DNA from: an uncultured Candidatus Rokubacteria bacterium
Lineage (GTDB): Bacteria; Methylomirabilota; Methylomirabilia; Rokubacteriales; CSP1-6
DNA length: 64,000 nt
Direction: 5' to 3'
NCBI GenBank assembly: GCA_963789955.1
Contig: CAWBMV010000006.1
Coordinates: forward strand, 1 to 64,000
Part shown: positions 49,217 through 60,949 of the stretch, piece after piece
Position numbering within the stretch: position 1 is the first letter of the stretch
Layout: each line of letters opens with the position of its first letter
Notes under the pieces: model-generated
What the model was told of the DNA's origin: nothing
Database searches by the model: none
What the model saw: the letters and a program-made list of their open reading frames with translations, nothing else
Made by a program: the position numbers and the translations under genes

Positions 49217-50516
49217 TTAGCCCGCGGGTGAGCGGGCGTCGACGCCGGGCTCGGGCAGGCCCATCGCGCGGCGGTACGCGGCACGGACTTCTTCGGGCTG
49301 TCCCACCAGGAACGGAAACTCTCTGCGCAGCGGCAGCCCCGGCGTCCGCTGGCGCGAGATCTCGCTCTCGACCCTGGACGAGCCGTTCACGAAGAAATCG
49401 CGCCCGATGATCGGCAGGCGCACGATGTGATTCTTGTCCGCATCGCGGATCACGCCCTTGGGCTCTTGCCCCTTCGCGACGCGTTCGGCGTCTTCGAGAA
49501 TGCGGCGGCGCATCATGATCACGCCGCGATCGCTCTCGCCCAGGTGCTCCTGCGTGCGGTCGGCGACGGTGCCCTGGCCGACCCAGGCGACGAAGTCCTG
49601 GTTCATGACGTGCGAGGTGATCCAGCGATCGGTCAGCGCGTCCTTGATCGGGCTGTACCAGTAGGGAATGCGGTCCTGCTTGTAGGGCTCCATCTCGTTC
49701 GGCACGCGATCGAAGAACCAGCCGACGCTCAGCGTGTTGTCGTCGTCGATCGGCACGCGCCACTCGAAGTGGCCGCCGGTGAACAGGCAGTTCGGCCAGA
49801 GGCAGCAGCGCCCGACCGTCCACAGCTCGTCCTGCTCGGACTGGCCTTCCAGAACGCGCCGGTAGATGAAGCCGTACTCGAACTCGTCGAAGCCGACCTT
49901 CAGGTGTGTCGGGGAGCGCTCGCCGTCGGCGCCGCTCAGCGCGCGCGACCAGTTCGAGTGGAGCCACTCGAAGTGCACGGGGTCGATCGAGTTCTCCTGG
50001 CACTGAAACCAGTTGCACGGGACCTCGGAGAACACGATCTGCACGAAGCCGTTCTCCCAGGTGAAGGGCTCCCAGGTCGGCACGAGCGGCACGGGCGGCG
50101 GGCCGAGGTAGGCCCACACGAGCCCCGCCTTCGCCTCGACCGGGTAGGCCTTGATGCGCACGCGGTCCTTGAACTTCGCGTCGGGGTGCGCGGTCTCCTC
50201 GAACGGCTGCTGCCAGACAGCGGCCCGTGTGATCCCAGAGCCAGCCGTGATAGTGGCAGCGCAGCCCGCAGTCGTCGGGCCATCCGTACGAAAGATCCGC
50301 GCGCCGATGAGGACAATGCCGGTCGACCAGGCCGTACGTGCCGGCCTTGTCCTTGTAGAGGACGAGATCCTCGCCCATGAGCCGCACGGGCTTCGTCGGC
50401 TTGTCGTCCAGCTCGGCGACGGCGGCGATCGGCATCCAGTAGCGACGCAGCAGCTCGCCCATGGGCGTGCCGGCGCCGACTTCCGTCAGTGTTCGGTTTT
50501 GCTCCTCGCTGAGCAC
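49217..50516 (-). CDS. Rieske non-heme iron oxygenase alpha subunit (phthalate 4,5-dioxygenase/LigXa-like); frameshift near 50212
   Basis: GTPMGELLRRYW, Rieske CPHR...CHYHGW, ENSIDPVHFEWLH, QD, EHLGESD. Confidence 0.88.
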
Positions 50517-50561
50517 GGACCGATTTTACCTCCAGTCGCCGGGGATCAGGGCAGCAGCGGC

Positions 50562-51881
50562 TTACCCTCCGCCCCGGGCAGCGCCAGGCCGAGCCGCTGC
50601 GCCAGGGTCGGGGCGATGTCTCGCATGTCGACGAGCCCGAGCGAGTCGCCCCGCGGGCACACCCGGCCCGACCACGAAGAACGCCGCGCGCAGCTCGGGC
50701 AAATCAGGCAGATGGCCGTGCGTGCCGAATCGGCCGGTCTTCGAGACGACGGCGCCGTCGAGCCCCGTGCCGACGAACCAGCCGGGCTTGCAACCGATCA
50801 GGAAGGAGGCGGCGGGAAAGCCGCCGCGCGCGTGCAGGACGTCGGCGCTGAGGACCCGATCGATGCCGTTGGCCGGGTCGGCCGCGAGCTTGTCGAGGAG
50901 CGCGCGCACCTCGGCGAGGGTTGCCGTGTCGGCCGGGTCTTTCAGCATGATGGCCGCGGACCCGCCCGCGGTCCAGGGCATGGCCTTCCAGGCCGTGACC
51001 GTCCGCCCGTTCGCGGTGATCAGACCCGCGTCCCGGAACGCGGGGAAGGGATTGAATCGGTGCTCGATCTTCACGAAGCCGTGGTCGGACACGATCGCCA
51101 CGTACGCGTTGCCGGGAGCCAGGCGCTCGGCGGCGTCGCGCAGCTTGCCGACGACGGCGTCCTGCCGCTCGAGGACGGCGAAGCTCTCCGGGGACAACGG
51201 GCCGGTCTCGTGCTCGACGTGATCGAGCGCAAGGAGATGCAAGGTCAGTAGCTGCGGGCGCTTCTTCTCGAGCAGGCGCGTGGCGAAGCTCCCGCGTCGC
51301 TCGTCGTGCTCGATGTCCTGGCCCCGCGGATACGGACCGAGCTCTGCCTCGAGCTCGGGCAGGAGTCCCTCCGTCGCGAGGGCTCGGAGCAGCTTCGCGT
51401 CCTCGTCCGTGTTGGCGCGCCAGACCTCGGGGATATTCCACGTCACCCGCGCGCCCACGCTGACCGGCCACTGAATGCTGGCGGTCGTCATGCCGGCCTG
51501 CCGGGCCACGTCCCAGAGCGTCGGCACCTTGATGTCCTCGGCGTACCAGTACCAGCCGCTCTGATTCTTTCCGAGCGGGTCGAAGGTCGTGTTGGCGAGG
51601 ATGCCGTGCCTGGTCGGCCACACGCCGGTGATCAGGGTGGTGTGGCTCGGATAGGTCACGGTCGGGATCACGCCGGCGACACCGTCGGCGAACGCGCCCT
51701 CCTTGAGAAAGCGGCGCAGGTTCGGGATCTTCAACCCGTGCGCGTCGGCGGCCGTCACGTAGTCGGGCCGCAGGCCGTCGATGGAAATCATGATGAGGAC
51801 CGGCCGCGCGCTCTGCGCCTGCGCTCCGCTGTGCAGGAGGAGAACGCCGACCGCAATGAGGACACGCAACGTGATCGTCAT
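50562..51881 (-). CDS. Exported alkaline phosphatase-superfamily nucleotide pyrophosphatase/phosphodiesterase
   Basis: Signal peptide, ISIDG, PTVTYPSHTT (Thr nucleophile), DHVEH, SDHG, GTHG. Confidence 0.85.
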   Translation of the reverse strand: MTITLRVLIAVGVLLLHSGAQAQSARPVLIMISIDGLRPDYVTAADAHGLKIPNLRRFLKEGAFADGVAGVIPTVTYPSHTTLITGVWPTRHGILANTTFDPLGKNQSGWYWYAEDIKVPTLWDVARQAGMTTASIQWPVSVGARVTWNIPEVWRANTDEDAKLLRALATEGLLPELEAELGPYPRGQDIEHDERRGSFATRLLEKKRPQLLTLHLLALDHVEHETGPLSPESFAVLERQDAVVGKLRDAAERLAPGNAYVAIVSDHGFVKIEHRFNPFPAFRDAGLITANGRTVTAWKAMPWTAGGSAAIMLKDPADTATLAEVRALLDKLAADPANGIDRVLSADVLHARGGFPAASFLIGCKPGWFVGTGLDGAVVSKTGRFGTHGHLPDLPELRAAFFVVGPGVPAGRLARARRHARHRPDPGAAARPGAARGGG

Positions 51882-51958
51882 TCTCGGAGCCCCTCCGGCG
51901 GCGGCCATGATCGCGCACTATACGCGCGGCTGGCCACCTCCGGTATAGTTGGCGCGCC

Positions 51959-52678
<720 letters not shown>

Positions 52679-52685
52679 TCGGGCC

Positions 52686-53601
52686 ATGAAACTCACCGTC
52701 GAGTTCCCCAGCGTCTCCTATCGCGAAGGTCCCCAGGGCGTCATGCACCTGGCTCGAGCCATCGAGCAGATCGGCTACGACCACATCGACATGTTCGACC
52801 ACGTCGTGATGGGCTACCCGATGGAAGGGCGGCCGCCCGGCCCGTACCCGGCGCAGATGCCGATCCTCGAAGCGCTGATGGCCCTCTCGTACATGGCGGC
52901 GGTGACGACGCGCGTCACCCTGGGCACCGAGGTGCTCGTGCTGCCGCAGCGGCATCCGACCCTGGTCGCCAAGCAGGTGAGCACGCTCGATACCTTGTCG
53001 GGCGGCCGCGTGCGACTCGGCGTCGGCGTCGGCTGGCAGGAGTCGGAGTACGACGCGCTGGGCGAGGACTTCCACACACGCGGCGCGCGCATGGACGAGA
53101 TGATCCGTCTGCTGCGCACGTACTGGAGCGACGCCGCAGGTGGACTTCAAAGGCCGGCACTACCAGATCACGGCGATCGGGATGGAGCCGAAGCCGCCGC
53201 AGGGAAGCCGGCTCCCGATCTGGATCGGCGGCCGCTCGGACCGCGCGCTACGCCGGGTGGGCGAGCTCGGCGACGGCTGGCTCGGCAACCAGATCGCCGA
53301 CGCGGCGAGCGCGCGGATCGTCATCGACACGATCCGGCGCCACGCCGAGGCGGCCGGGCGCGATCCCGCCGCGATCGGCTTGCAGGCGATGGTCGCATCG
53401 CCGCCACGGGACGCGACCGGCAAGAAGTTCTACGTCGAGCACGATCGCGTCGTCGCGCGCGTGGTCGAGCTCAAGGCGATGGGCTTCGAGTGGGTCGCCC
53501 TGAACGCGACCGCGATGTTCCAGGCGGGCGCGCGCTCGGTCGCCGCGCTGATCGACGTGCTGGGCGCGCTGCACATGAAGATCCGCGGCGAGGTCGGCTA
53601 G
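52686..53601 (+). CDS. LLM class, F420-dependent-type oxidoreductase (frameshift near 53140)
   Basis: FDHVV, LGTEVLVLPQR, AKQVSTLD.LSGGRVRLGVGVGW, PIWIGG, GDGW. Confidence 0.82.
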
Positions 53602-54050
53602 GCTGCGCGCCGCTGAGCCACGTCCGCAGGCTTCCGGCGTCGATCGCGGCGCCCGCTGATCCACATCGCGGCCACCACGATCAGAAATCCGGCGAATGAA
53701 ATCCCCGCGGCGACCGGGCCGCCGTGCGTGTCGAGATGCAGGTGCAGATACGCATGCCAGAGCTCTCCCGCCGCCGAGACCATCGCGCCCAGGAACGCGA
53801 CGGGGAAGGCGGCGCCGATCGGCGGGCGCCGCGCCTGGTCGATGAGCGCCCACGCTGTCGCGAGCAGGACGCACAGCACGCCCACGTAGATCGGGATATG
53901 GATCGTGCCCAGATGGACGGCCATCTGCTCGACGGTTCTCGCCTCGAAGTCGGAATGCAGCGCGTGCCAGACGATATCGACGATCAAGCCGGCAAACTGG
54001 ACCGCGAGCGCGGCCCAGATCAACATCCGAGACTGTCTGCGACGGGACAT
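53598..54050 (-). CDS. Four-TM membrane protein with His-rich motifs
   Basis: Four hydrophobic segments, DIVWHALH and ELWHAYLH. Confidence 0.65.
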   Translation of the reverse strand: MSRRRQSRMLIWAALAVQFAGLIVDIVWHALHSDFEARTVEQMAVHLGTIHIPIYVGVLCVLLATAWALIDQARRPPIGAAFPVAFLGAMVSAAGELWHAYLHLHLDTHGGPVAAGISFAGFLIVVAAMWISGRRDRRRKPADVAQRRAA

Positions 54051-54130
54051 GCCGCTCCCTCCTCCATACGACCATCGTACCGGACTGTGCTACCTTCCCA
54101 GGCACGAGCGGTCGCGAGAGGAGACGCCGT

Positions 54131-55375
54131 ATGGACTTCGAGGTCACGTACACGGAAGAGCAGCAGCGGTTCCGGCGCGAAGTGCGCGCCTGGCTCGAGG
54201 CCACCGTGCCGGCCTCGATGCTCCGGACGCCGACCTCGGCCGAGGACAACTACCGGCGTTATCTCGAGCTTCGTGATTTCGGCCGCAAGCTCGGCGCCAA
54301 GGGCTGGCTCTATCCCACCGCGCCCGCGAAGTACGGCGGCGGCGGCCTCGACGTCGACCACGCCATCATTCTCGAGGAAGAAGTCGACCGGTTCGATCTC
54401 TCGCTGCCGCCCTACTACGACAGCGGCGGGCGGCTCGGCTCGGCGTCGATCCTCGTGTGGGGCACCGAGGAGCAGCGCCAGAAGTTCCTGCCGCCGATCT
54501 ATCGCGGCGAGGTCCGCACCTGGCAGCTCCTGACCGAGCCCGGCGCCGGCTCCGACCTGGCCGGCGTGCGCATGACGACGGCGGTGCGCGACGGCGACGA
54601 CTACGTCATCAAGGGCCAGAAGATCTTCGTCGGCAGCGACAACGGCACCGACCGGATCTGGATGATCGTCTGCACCGATCCCAAGGGCAAGCGCCACGAG
54701 AATCTCTCGTGGTTCATGATCGACGCGAGCCTGCCGGGGATCACGATGCAGCCGATGGAGCTGATGGGCACCGGCGGCGAGGGCGGCACCGACAGCGGCG
54801 TCAAGCAGACGGTCTTCTTCGACGACGTCCGCGTGCCGGCGTTCGCGCTGGTCGGCGGCGAGAACAAGGGCTGGACGGTGGCGACGACGCACCTCGAGCT
54901 CGAGCACGGCGGCGGCGGCCGCATCGGCCGCAACCGCGTGTGGGACCGGCTCCTGCGCTATTGCCAGGAGACCAAGCGCGACGGCGTGCCGCTGAGCCAG
55001 CAGCAGGACGTGCGCGACAGCCTCGCCGACATCTACATCAAGACCGAGGTGCAGCGGCTCTTCGGCCTGCGCAACTTCTAGCTCACGTACGCGCGCAAGC
55101 CGAAGTCCTACGAGGGGCCGCAGCTCTCGTACTACCGAAAGACCACCGGGCTCTGGATGACCGGCGCGATCCTGGAAGCGGTCGGCCCCGCGGCGCTCAC
55201 GACCGATCCGGCCTGGGGCTCGTCGGCCGGCTTCCTCGAGACCCAGCAGCGCAACGGCATCGTCTCCGTCCATCCCGGCGGCACGACCGACATCCAGCGC
55301 GTGCAGATGGCCCGCCGCATCGGCATCGGCCGGTCGACCCGCGAGAAGGCCGGCACCGTGCACGGGGCGGAGTGA
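54131..55375 (+). CDS. Acyl-CoA dehydrogenase family protein (in-frame TAG at 55079-55081)
   Basis: LTEPGAGSDLA, IKGQKIF, VFFDDVRVP, GGTTDIQR. The frame continues after the TAG. Confidence 0.85.
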
Positions 55376-55378
55376 GCG

Positions 55379-56499
55379 ATGGATCTGGCGCTGACCGAAA
55401 GCCAGGAGATGCTCCGCACGACCGCGCGCACCTTCATGGAGCGCGAGGCGCCGGTCGACGTGGTCGTGGGTCTGCAGAAGGCCGAATCGTCCCTGGATCC
55501 CGATCTCTGGGCGAAGGCCGCGCGGCTGGGCTGGCTCGGCATCGTGCTGCCCACCGAATACGGCGGAAGCGGTGACAGCCTGAGCGACGCCGCGGTGCTC
55601 TACGAAGAGCTCGGTCGCGGGCCGCTTCCGGGCCCGTTCTTCAGCTCCGGCGTGCTCGGCGCGCTGACCGTGCTCGAAGGCGGCACCGAGGAACAGCGCC
55701 GGAGATTCTGCCGGGTGTCGCGAGCGGCGAGCGCGTGCTGACCGTCGCGATCACCGAGCCGAACACCTCGTGGGGTCCCGGCGGGATCACCTTGACGCCT
55801 CAGGGACGCAACGGGAGCCTCGTCCTGAACGGCACCAAGCTCTTCGTCAGCGACGCGACGTCGGCGACCGATCTGATCGTCGCGGTCCGCACGGGCGACG
55901 GCACGACCGACGTGAGCCTGCTCCACGTCGACGCGAAGTCGCGCGGGGTGACCACGCGCCGGCTGCCCGGCTTCCTCTCGTGGCAGTGCGAGGTGACGTT
56001 CGACAACGTGCAGGTGCCCGCCGCCGCGATGCTGGGCGAGGCGCAGCGAGGCTGGACGTCACTTTCTCGGGCGCTCGAGCGGGCGCTCCCGCTGCTGTGC
56101 TCGTACATCGTCGGCGGGTGCCAGGCGGTCTACGAGAAGTCGGTGCTCTACACGCAGACCCGCGTGCAGTTCGGCGTCCCCATCGGGCGGTTCCAGCGCG
56201 TCCAGGACCACGTGGTCAAGCTCGTCAACCACCTCGACAGCGCGCGCTGGGCCACGTGGGAGGCGCTCTGGAAGCTCGACACCGGCCGGCCCGCGACCGC
56301 GAGCGTCCATATGGCCAAGGCCGTCGCGAGCGAGGCCTATCTCGAGGCGTGCAACGCGGCGCACGAGGTGCACGCCGGCATGGGCGTGCTGGTCGAGTAC
56401 GGCCTCCCCGCGCACACGCAGATGTCGCGGACCCTGTTCCACTACCTCGGCGATCCGCGCTGGCACAAGCGCCGGATGGCCGACGCGCTCGAGTGGTAA
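55379..56499 (+). CDS. Acyl-CoA dehydrogenase family protein, second subunit (frameshift near 55710)
   Basis: MDLALTESQEML, EELGR, LNGTKLFV, RVQFGVPIGRFQ, HEVHAGMG. Confidence 0.85.
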
Positions 56500-56525
56500 T
56501 CAGGCCGCGGGGCTGAGGGCCCGTC

Positions 56526-57399
56526 TCAGCCGCGTCGCCCGGCGATCCGGCTCGCGGCGGCGACCCAGCCCGCGTCGAAGCTGTGTCCGGCCTCGTCGAG
56601 ATCGATGACGAGCGGCGCGTGATCCGACGGTAGCGGCTTGCCCTTGCGCGCCTCGCGATCGATCTCGACCGCCACCGTGCGCCCGGCGACCGACTTGGTC
56701 ACGAGCAGGTGGTCGATCCGCATCCCGAAGTTCTTGTGGAAGTTGCCGGCGCGATAGTCCCACCACGTGTAGCGGCCCGGCTCGGGTTGGCGCAGGCGAT
56801 AGATGTCGACCAGACCCCACGCGCAGAGCTTGGCGAACGCGCGGCGCTCGGGCTCCGAGACGTGCGTCCCGCCGTGGCAGGCTTCGGGATCCCACACGTC
56901 GGCGTCGGCCGGCGCGATGTTGTAAGTCGCCGCCGAGCGCCATGGCCTCGCCCGGGTCCCGCGATTCGGCGAGCCAGCGGGCGAGCCGCTCGTACCAGAC
57001 CAGCTTCGCCTGATAGAACGGCGAGTCGAGCGAGCGCCCGTTGGGCGCGTAGAGGCTCACCACGCGGACGCCGCCGCAGACCGCCGAGACCATCCGCGCC
57101 TCGGCGAGCGGCTCGTCGTCCGGCACGTCCGGGGTCGTCTGGGGCCGCAGGGGCTGGCCGAAGTTGCTGATCACGTCGGCGATGCCGACCCGGCTCGCGA
57201 TCGCGACGCCGTTCCAGCGGCCCTCACCGTGGTGGGCGAGCTCGTAGCCGGCCTGCTTGAAGGTCGCGGCCGGCGCGTCGGCGTCCGAGAGCTTCGTCTC
57301 CTGCATCAGGAGCACGTCCGGCTTCGCGCGCTCGAGCCACCAGACGACCTTCTCGAGCCGCGCCTTCAGCGAATTGACGTTCCAGGTGGCGATCCGCAT
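56526..57399 (-). CDS. xth: Exodeoxyribonuclease III (frameshift near 56925)
   Basis: ATWNVNS, LMQETK, NGVA, YAPNG, GGD-NIA, YTWWDYR, RIDH, SDHAP. Confidence 0.9.
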
Positions 57400-57427
57400 G
57401 GTGGTCGATCTCCGCTCCTGGCTCAGT

Positions 57428-58822
57428 TTACCTCGTGGTGAAATCGAAGCCGGGCGGCCGCGGAAGCTCCGGCCGTCGCTCGAAGAGCCGGCGCCAGGCG
57501 GCGCGCGCGATGCGATCGGCCTCGGCGACGATCGCCGGCTCGTCCAGGGTCAGCACGCGCCCGTCCCGCATGAGCCAGCGGCCGTCCACCATGACCGCCT
57601 CGACGTCGCTGGCCAGCCCCTGATGGACGAAGCACGAGACCACGCGCAGCGCTGGCGTCAGGTGAGGCTTTCGCAGATCGATCAGGATCAGGTCCGCGCG
57701 ATTGCCCGGCGCAAGCCAGCCGCCGTCGGGGACCCCGAGCGCCCGGTAGCCGTTCCGCGTCGCCCACACGAGCGCGTCTTCGGGCGTCGGCTGCCGGCCG
57801 TCCTGGCGCCTGACGCGTTCCATGAAGAGCGCGGTGCGCACCACCTCGACCATGTCCTCGGCCATGTTGTCGGTGCCCAGGGTGATCAGGCAGCCGGCGC
57901 GCTCGAGCTCCGCGATGCGGGCGGCGAGCCCGCGCCGCGCGGCGATGGCGGGGTTGATGGCGACCGCCGCGCGCGAAGCGCCCAGGATCCGTTCCTCGTC
58001 CGCGCTCATGCAGCGGCAGTGCGCGGCGACCAGCCGGTCCGACAGCATCCCGGCCCGCGCGAGGTACTCCGTGGGCAGGACCCCGCGCTGCTCCTGAACG
58101 GCCGCGACCTCGCCCCAGATCTGGTTGAGGTGCACGGTGGCGAGCGCGCCGAGCTCGGCCTGGAGCTTTCGCAAGCGTCCGAGGAGCTCGGGTGAGCAGA
58201 GGTCTGGCGCCCACGCCGCGAGGCCCGCCGTCAGCCGGCCGTCGCCTTTGCCGTTCCAGCGCGCGTGAAAGTCGGCGATCCGCGCCAATCCGGTCTCGGC
58301 GAGCGCCGGATCGACCTTGAACGGGCCCGGCTCGCCGATCGACGCGTTCGCGCGGTCCCACGCGCGCTCACAGAGGACCAGCCTCAGCCCCGTATCGACG
58401 AGCGCCCCCGCATAGCTGTCGAGTCCCGCGCTCTCTTCCAGCACGAGCGTCGTCCCGCTGCGGATCGCCTCCAGCGCGCCGAGCAGCACCATCACACGCT
58501 CCTCGTCGGGCGAGAGCGCCGGGAGCGGCAGCGGTGCCAGCCCGCCCGTGAAGGGAGGCGTGTGGGACGGCGAGAGATCCTCGTAGATGCCGCGCGCCAG
58601 GACGCGTGAGAGGTGGGTATGCGTGTTCGCGAAGCCCGGGAACACCGCCCGGCCGCGGCCATCGATTCGCTCGGCGTCAGGGAACTGCGCGCGGAGCTGA
58701 GCGCTCGGACCGAGCGCCGCGATGCGGCCATCGCGCACGGCAAGCGCCGCGTCGTACAGGATCGTTCCGGCGTCGTCGGCGGTGACGATCGTCGTGTCGT
58801 GGATCAGCTGGGTCGCCGCCAT
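57428..58822 (-). CDS. Metal-dependent amidohydrolase (MtaD/ATZ-TRZ deaminase-like)
   Basis: PGFANTHTH, SGTT, TVHL, AAHC, LGTD, GNRADL. Confidence 0.85.
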   Translation of the reverse strand: MAATQLIHDTTIVTADDAGTILYDAALAVRDGRIAALGPSAQLRAQFPDAERIDGRGRAVFPGFANTHTHLSRVLARGIYEDLSPSHTPPFTGGLAPLPLPALSPDEERVMVLLGALEAIRSGTTLVLEESAGLDSYAGALVDTGLRLVLCERAWDRANASIGEPGPFKVDPALAETGLARIADFHARWNGKGDGRLTAGLAAWAPDLCSPELLGRLRKLQAELGALATVHLNQIWGEVAAVQEQRGVLPTEYLARAGMLSDRLVAAHCRCMSADEERILGASRAAVAINPAIAARRGLAARIAELERAGCLITLGTDNMAEDMVEVVRTALFMERVRRQDGRQPTPEDALVWATRNGYRALGVPDGGWLAPGNRADLILIDLRKPHLTPALRVVSCFVHQGLASDVEAVMVDGRWLMRDGRVLTLDEPAIVAEADRIARAAWRRLFERRPELPRPPGFDFTTR

Positions 58823-58928
58823 TGCGCGCTACTGTCCCGTGGCGCGGCGCGGCAGTCAAGCCGACGGCGGCGCCCGGTGAGCCCGTGGTATGGTGCGGGC
58901 CGGGAATTCCCAACTGGAGGGTTGAGCC

Positions 58929-59769
58929 ATGCGTGACCTCGTGAAGAGTCTCAACGAGCTGTGCGACAGCGCCGAGTTCGAGGTGAGCTGGTACCTGAAA
59001 GACCTGGCGAGCGGGGCGACCGCCGATCGGCGTGGCGACGTGCCGGTGCCGTCGGCCAGCACGCGCAAGATCTCGATCATGATGGCCGCGCTGGCCGCCG
59101 TCCACGCCGGCAAGCTCTCCCTCGATCAGAAGATCACCATCGATTCACGCTTTCAGGACAACGACTCCGGGACCTTCCAGCACCTGACGCCGGGGTTCTG
59201 GCTCACCCTGCGCGACGCGATGGTCATGATGATCATCGTCAGCGACAACACGTGCACCGGTCACGTCGCCGACGTCGTCGGGCTCTCGAATATCCAGCGC
59301 TACACCGAGGCGGTCGGCCTGACCGGCACGGTGCACCGCTACGGGATCCCGCCGAAGACCGGGCCCGACAACACGCTCGACCGGGTGACGATCGACGACC
59401 GCCAACGACCAGGGGCTCCTGCTCGAGATGATCCTGAACGGGACCAAGGACCCGGCGGTCGCCGCCAAGCTTCAGTGCACGCCCGCGCTCTGTCAGCTCG
59501 GGCTCGACATCCTGTCGTGGCAGAAGCTCAAGACCCGGCTGCCGTCGCTCCTGCCGCTGGGCACGAAGGTCGCCCACAAGACCGGGACCGGCCACCGCTG
59601 CTACAACGACGCCGGCATCATCTTCAAGGGCGACCGCCCGCACTGCATCCTGACGGCCTATACGGTGGCCGTGCCCGATGCGATCAAGGACGGGACGCCG
59701 GGCTTCGCCGCGGCCTACCGGCTGATCGGGCGGATGGCGCGGATGTCCTACGACGGGCTCGGAGGCTAG
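58929..59769 (+). CDS. Serine hydrolase, class A beta-lactamase-like fold (frameshift near 59392)
   Basis: ASTRK (SxxK), VSDN, HKTG, NDAG. No signal peptide. Confidence 0.8.
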
Positions 59770-59773
59770 GCCC

Positions 59774-60295
59774 ATGAACGTCGAGGCGAAGCTCGAGAAG
59801 CTGGGCCTGGAGCTTCCGAATCTCGAGGACCTCTACCGGACGAATGCGTCAGGCGCTCACTACATTTCCCACTACCCCGTTCAGAACTTGCTTTACCTGT
59901 CCGGGACCACGCCGAGAAAGGGCGGACAGGCCTACCTGCCCGGTGTCGTCGGCAAGGACCTGACGCTCGAGCAGGGGCAGGAAGCGGCGCGCTATGCCGC
60001 CGTGATGAGCCTGGCGGCGGTGAAGTACGCGCTCGGCGATCTCGACCGCGTCCAGCAGTTCGTCCACCTGCTCGGGTTCGTGAACTCGGCACCCGGGTTC
60101 GGCGACCAGCCGCGCGTGATCAACGGCGCGGCGGATCTCCTGGTGGAGCTGTTCGGGGAGCGCGGCAAGCCCACGCGGGCGGCGATCGGGTGCCAGGGGC
60201 TCGGCGGCAACGCGTCCGTCGAGATCATCGTGACCGTGCTCTTCTCGGGGACGGAGGTTCGCCCGCCGCTCGCCCGCGACAAGTTCGTCAAGTAG
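59774..60295 (+). CDS. RidA/YjgF family protein
   Basis: LYLSG, G.VGKDLT, LGFVNSAPGF..QPRVINGA, GKPTRAAIG, VEI. Confidence 0.85.
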   Translation: MNVEAKLEKLGLELPNLEDLYRTNASGAHYISHYPVQNLLYLSGTTPRKGGQAYLPGVVGKDLTLEQGQEAARYAAVMSLAAVKYALGDLDRVQQFVHLLGFVNSAPGFGDQPRVINGAADLLVELFGERGKPTRAAIGCQGLGGNASVEIIVTVLFSGTEVRPPLARDKFVK

Positions 60296-60304
60296 GGGCG
60301 ACAG

Positions 60305-60940
60305 CTAGACGCGGGCCGGACGCGCGTCGGACTCGGGATCGAGGTCGGCGAGGAGCGTCGCCAGCGACGCGAGGGACAGGCCCAGGGCGATGCCGGCGAG
60401 CGTGTCGACCGGCCAGTGGGCTCGCAGGATGATCCGGGCCAGCGCGACCAGGGCGATCAGGACGAGACTCGCGGCTCGCACGCTGGTGCGGGCCCGCGGC
60501 GGGAGCGAGGCGGCGAGGTAGATCACCGCGCCGAAGAAGGCCGCGGCGGCCGTCGCGTGGCCGCTCGGAAAGCCCATCGAGGCTTCCTCGGGGCGCGCCC
60601 GGCCGATGAGGATCTTCAGCAGTCCTTCCGCCGCGGGCGCGGCGATCATCAGCCCGAGCCAGATCCACCAGCGTCGTCGCGCCCTCGGGAACGCGACGAA
60701 CAGCCCGAAGGTCAGGGGCAGGAGCACCTGCCAGCTACCGAGGTGGTTGATCAGCCGCGCGACCTGAAGGACTCCCGGCGAGCCGAAGCCGAGCACCCAG
60801 AGCCGCGCCGACGCATCGCCGGGGAACGGATCGACCAGTAGCACGGCGAGGGCCAGCGCGAGGAAGCAGCCGGCGCTGGCAAGCAGGATCCGGCAGGCGT
60901 TATTTCGACGGAGTGAGCTCGGCGCCATAAAGAAGGACAT
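60305..60940 (-). CDS. PAP2 family membrane phosphatase
   Basis: KILIGRARP, FPSGH, ARIILRAHWPVD. Confidence 0.85.
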   Translation of the reverse strand: MSFFMAPSSLRRNNACRILLASAGCFLALALAVLLVDPFPGDASARLWVLGFGSPGVLQVARLINHLGSWQVLLPLTFGLFVAFPRARRRWWIWLGLMIAAPAAEGLLKILIGRARPEEASMGFPSGHATAAAAFFGAVIYLAASLPPRARTSVRAASLVLIALVALARIILRAHWPVDTLAGIALGLSLASLATLLADLDPESDARPARV

Positions 60941-60949
60941 CCAAAGCCG

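Noticed and set aside
55079..55081. Pyrrolysine codon
   Set aside because: The context suggests Trp (TGG to TAG). No pyl genes are in the window, and ACADs are not known Pyl proteins.
58929..59769. Functional class A beta-lactamase resistance gene
   Set aside because: No signal peptide and no evident Glu166 equivalent.
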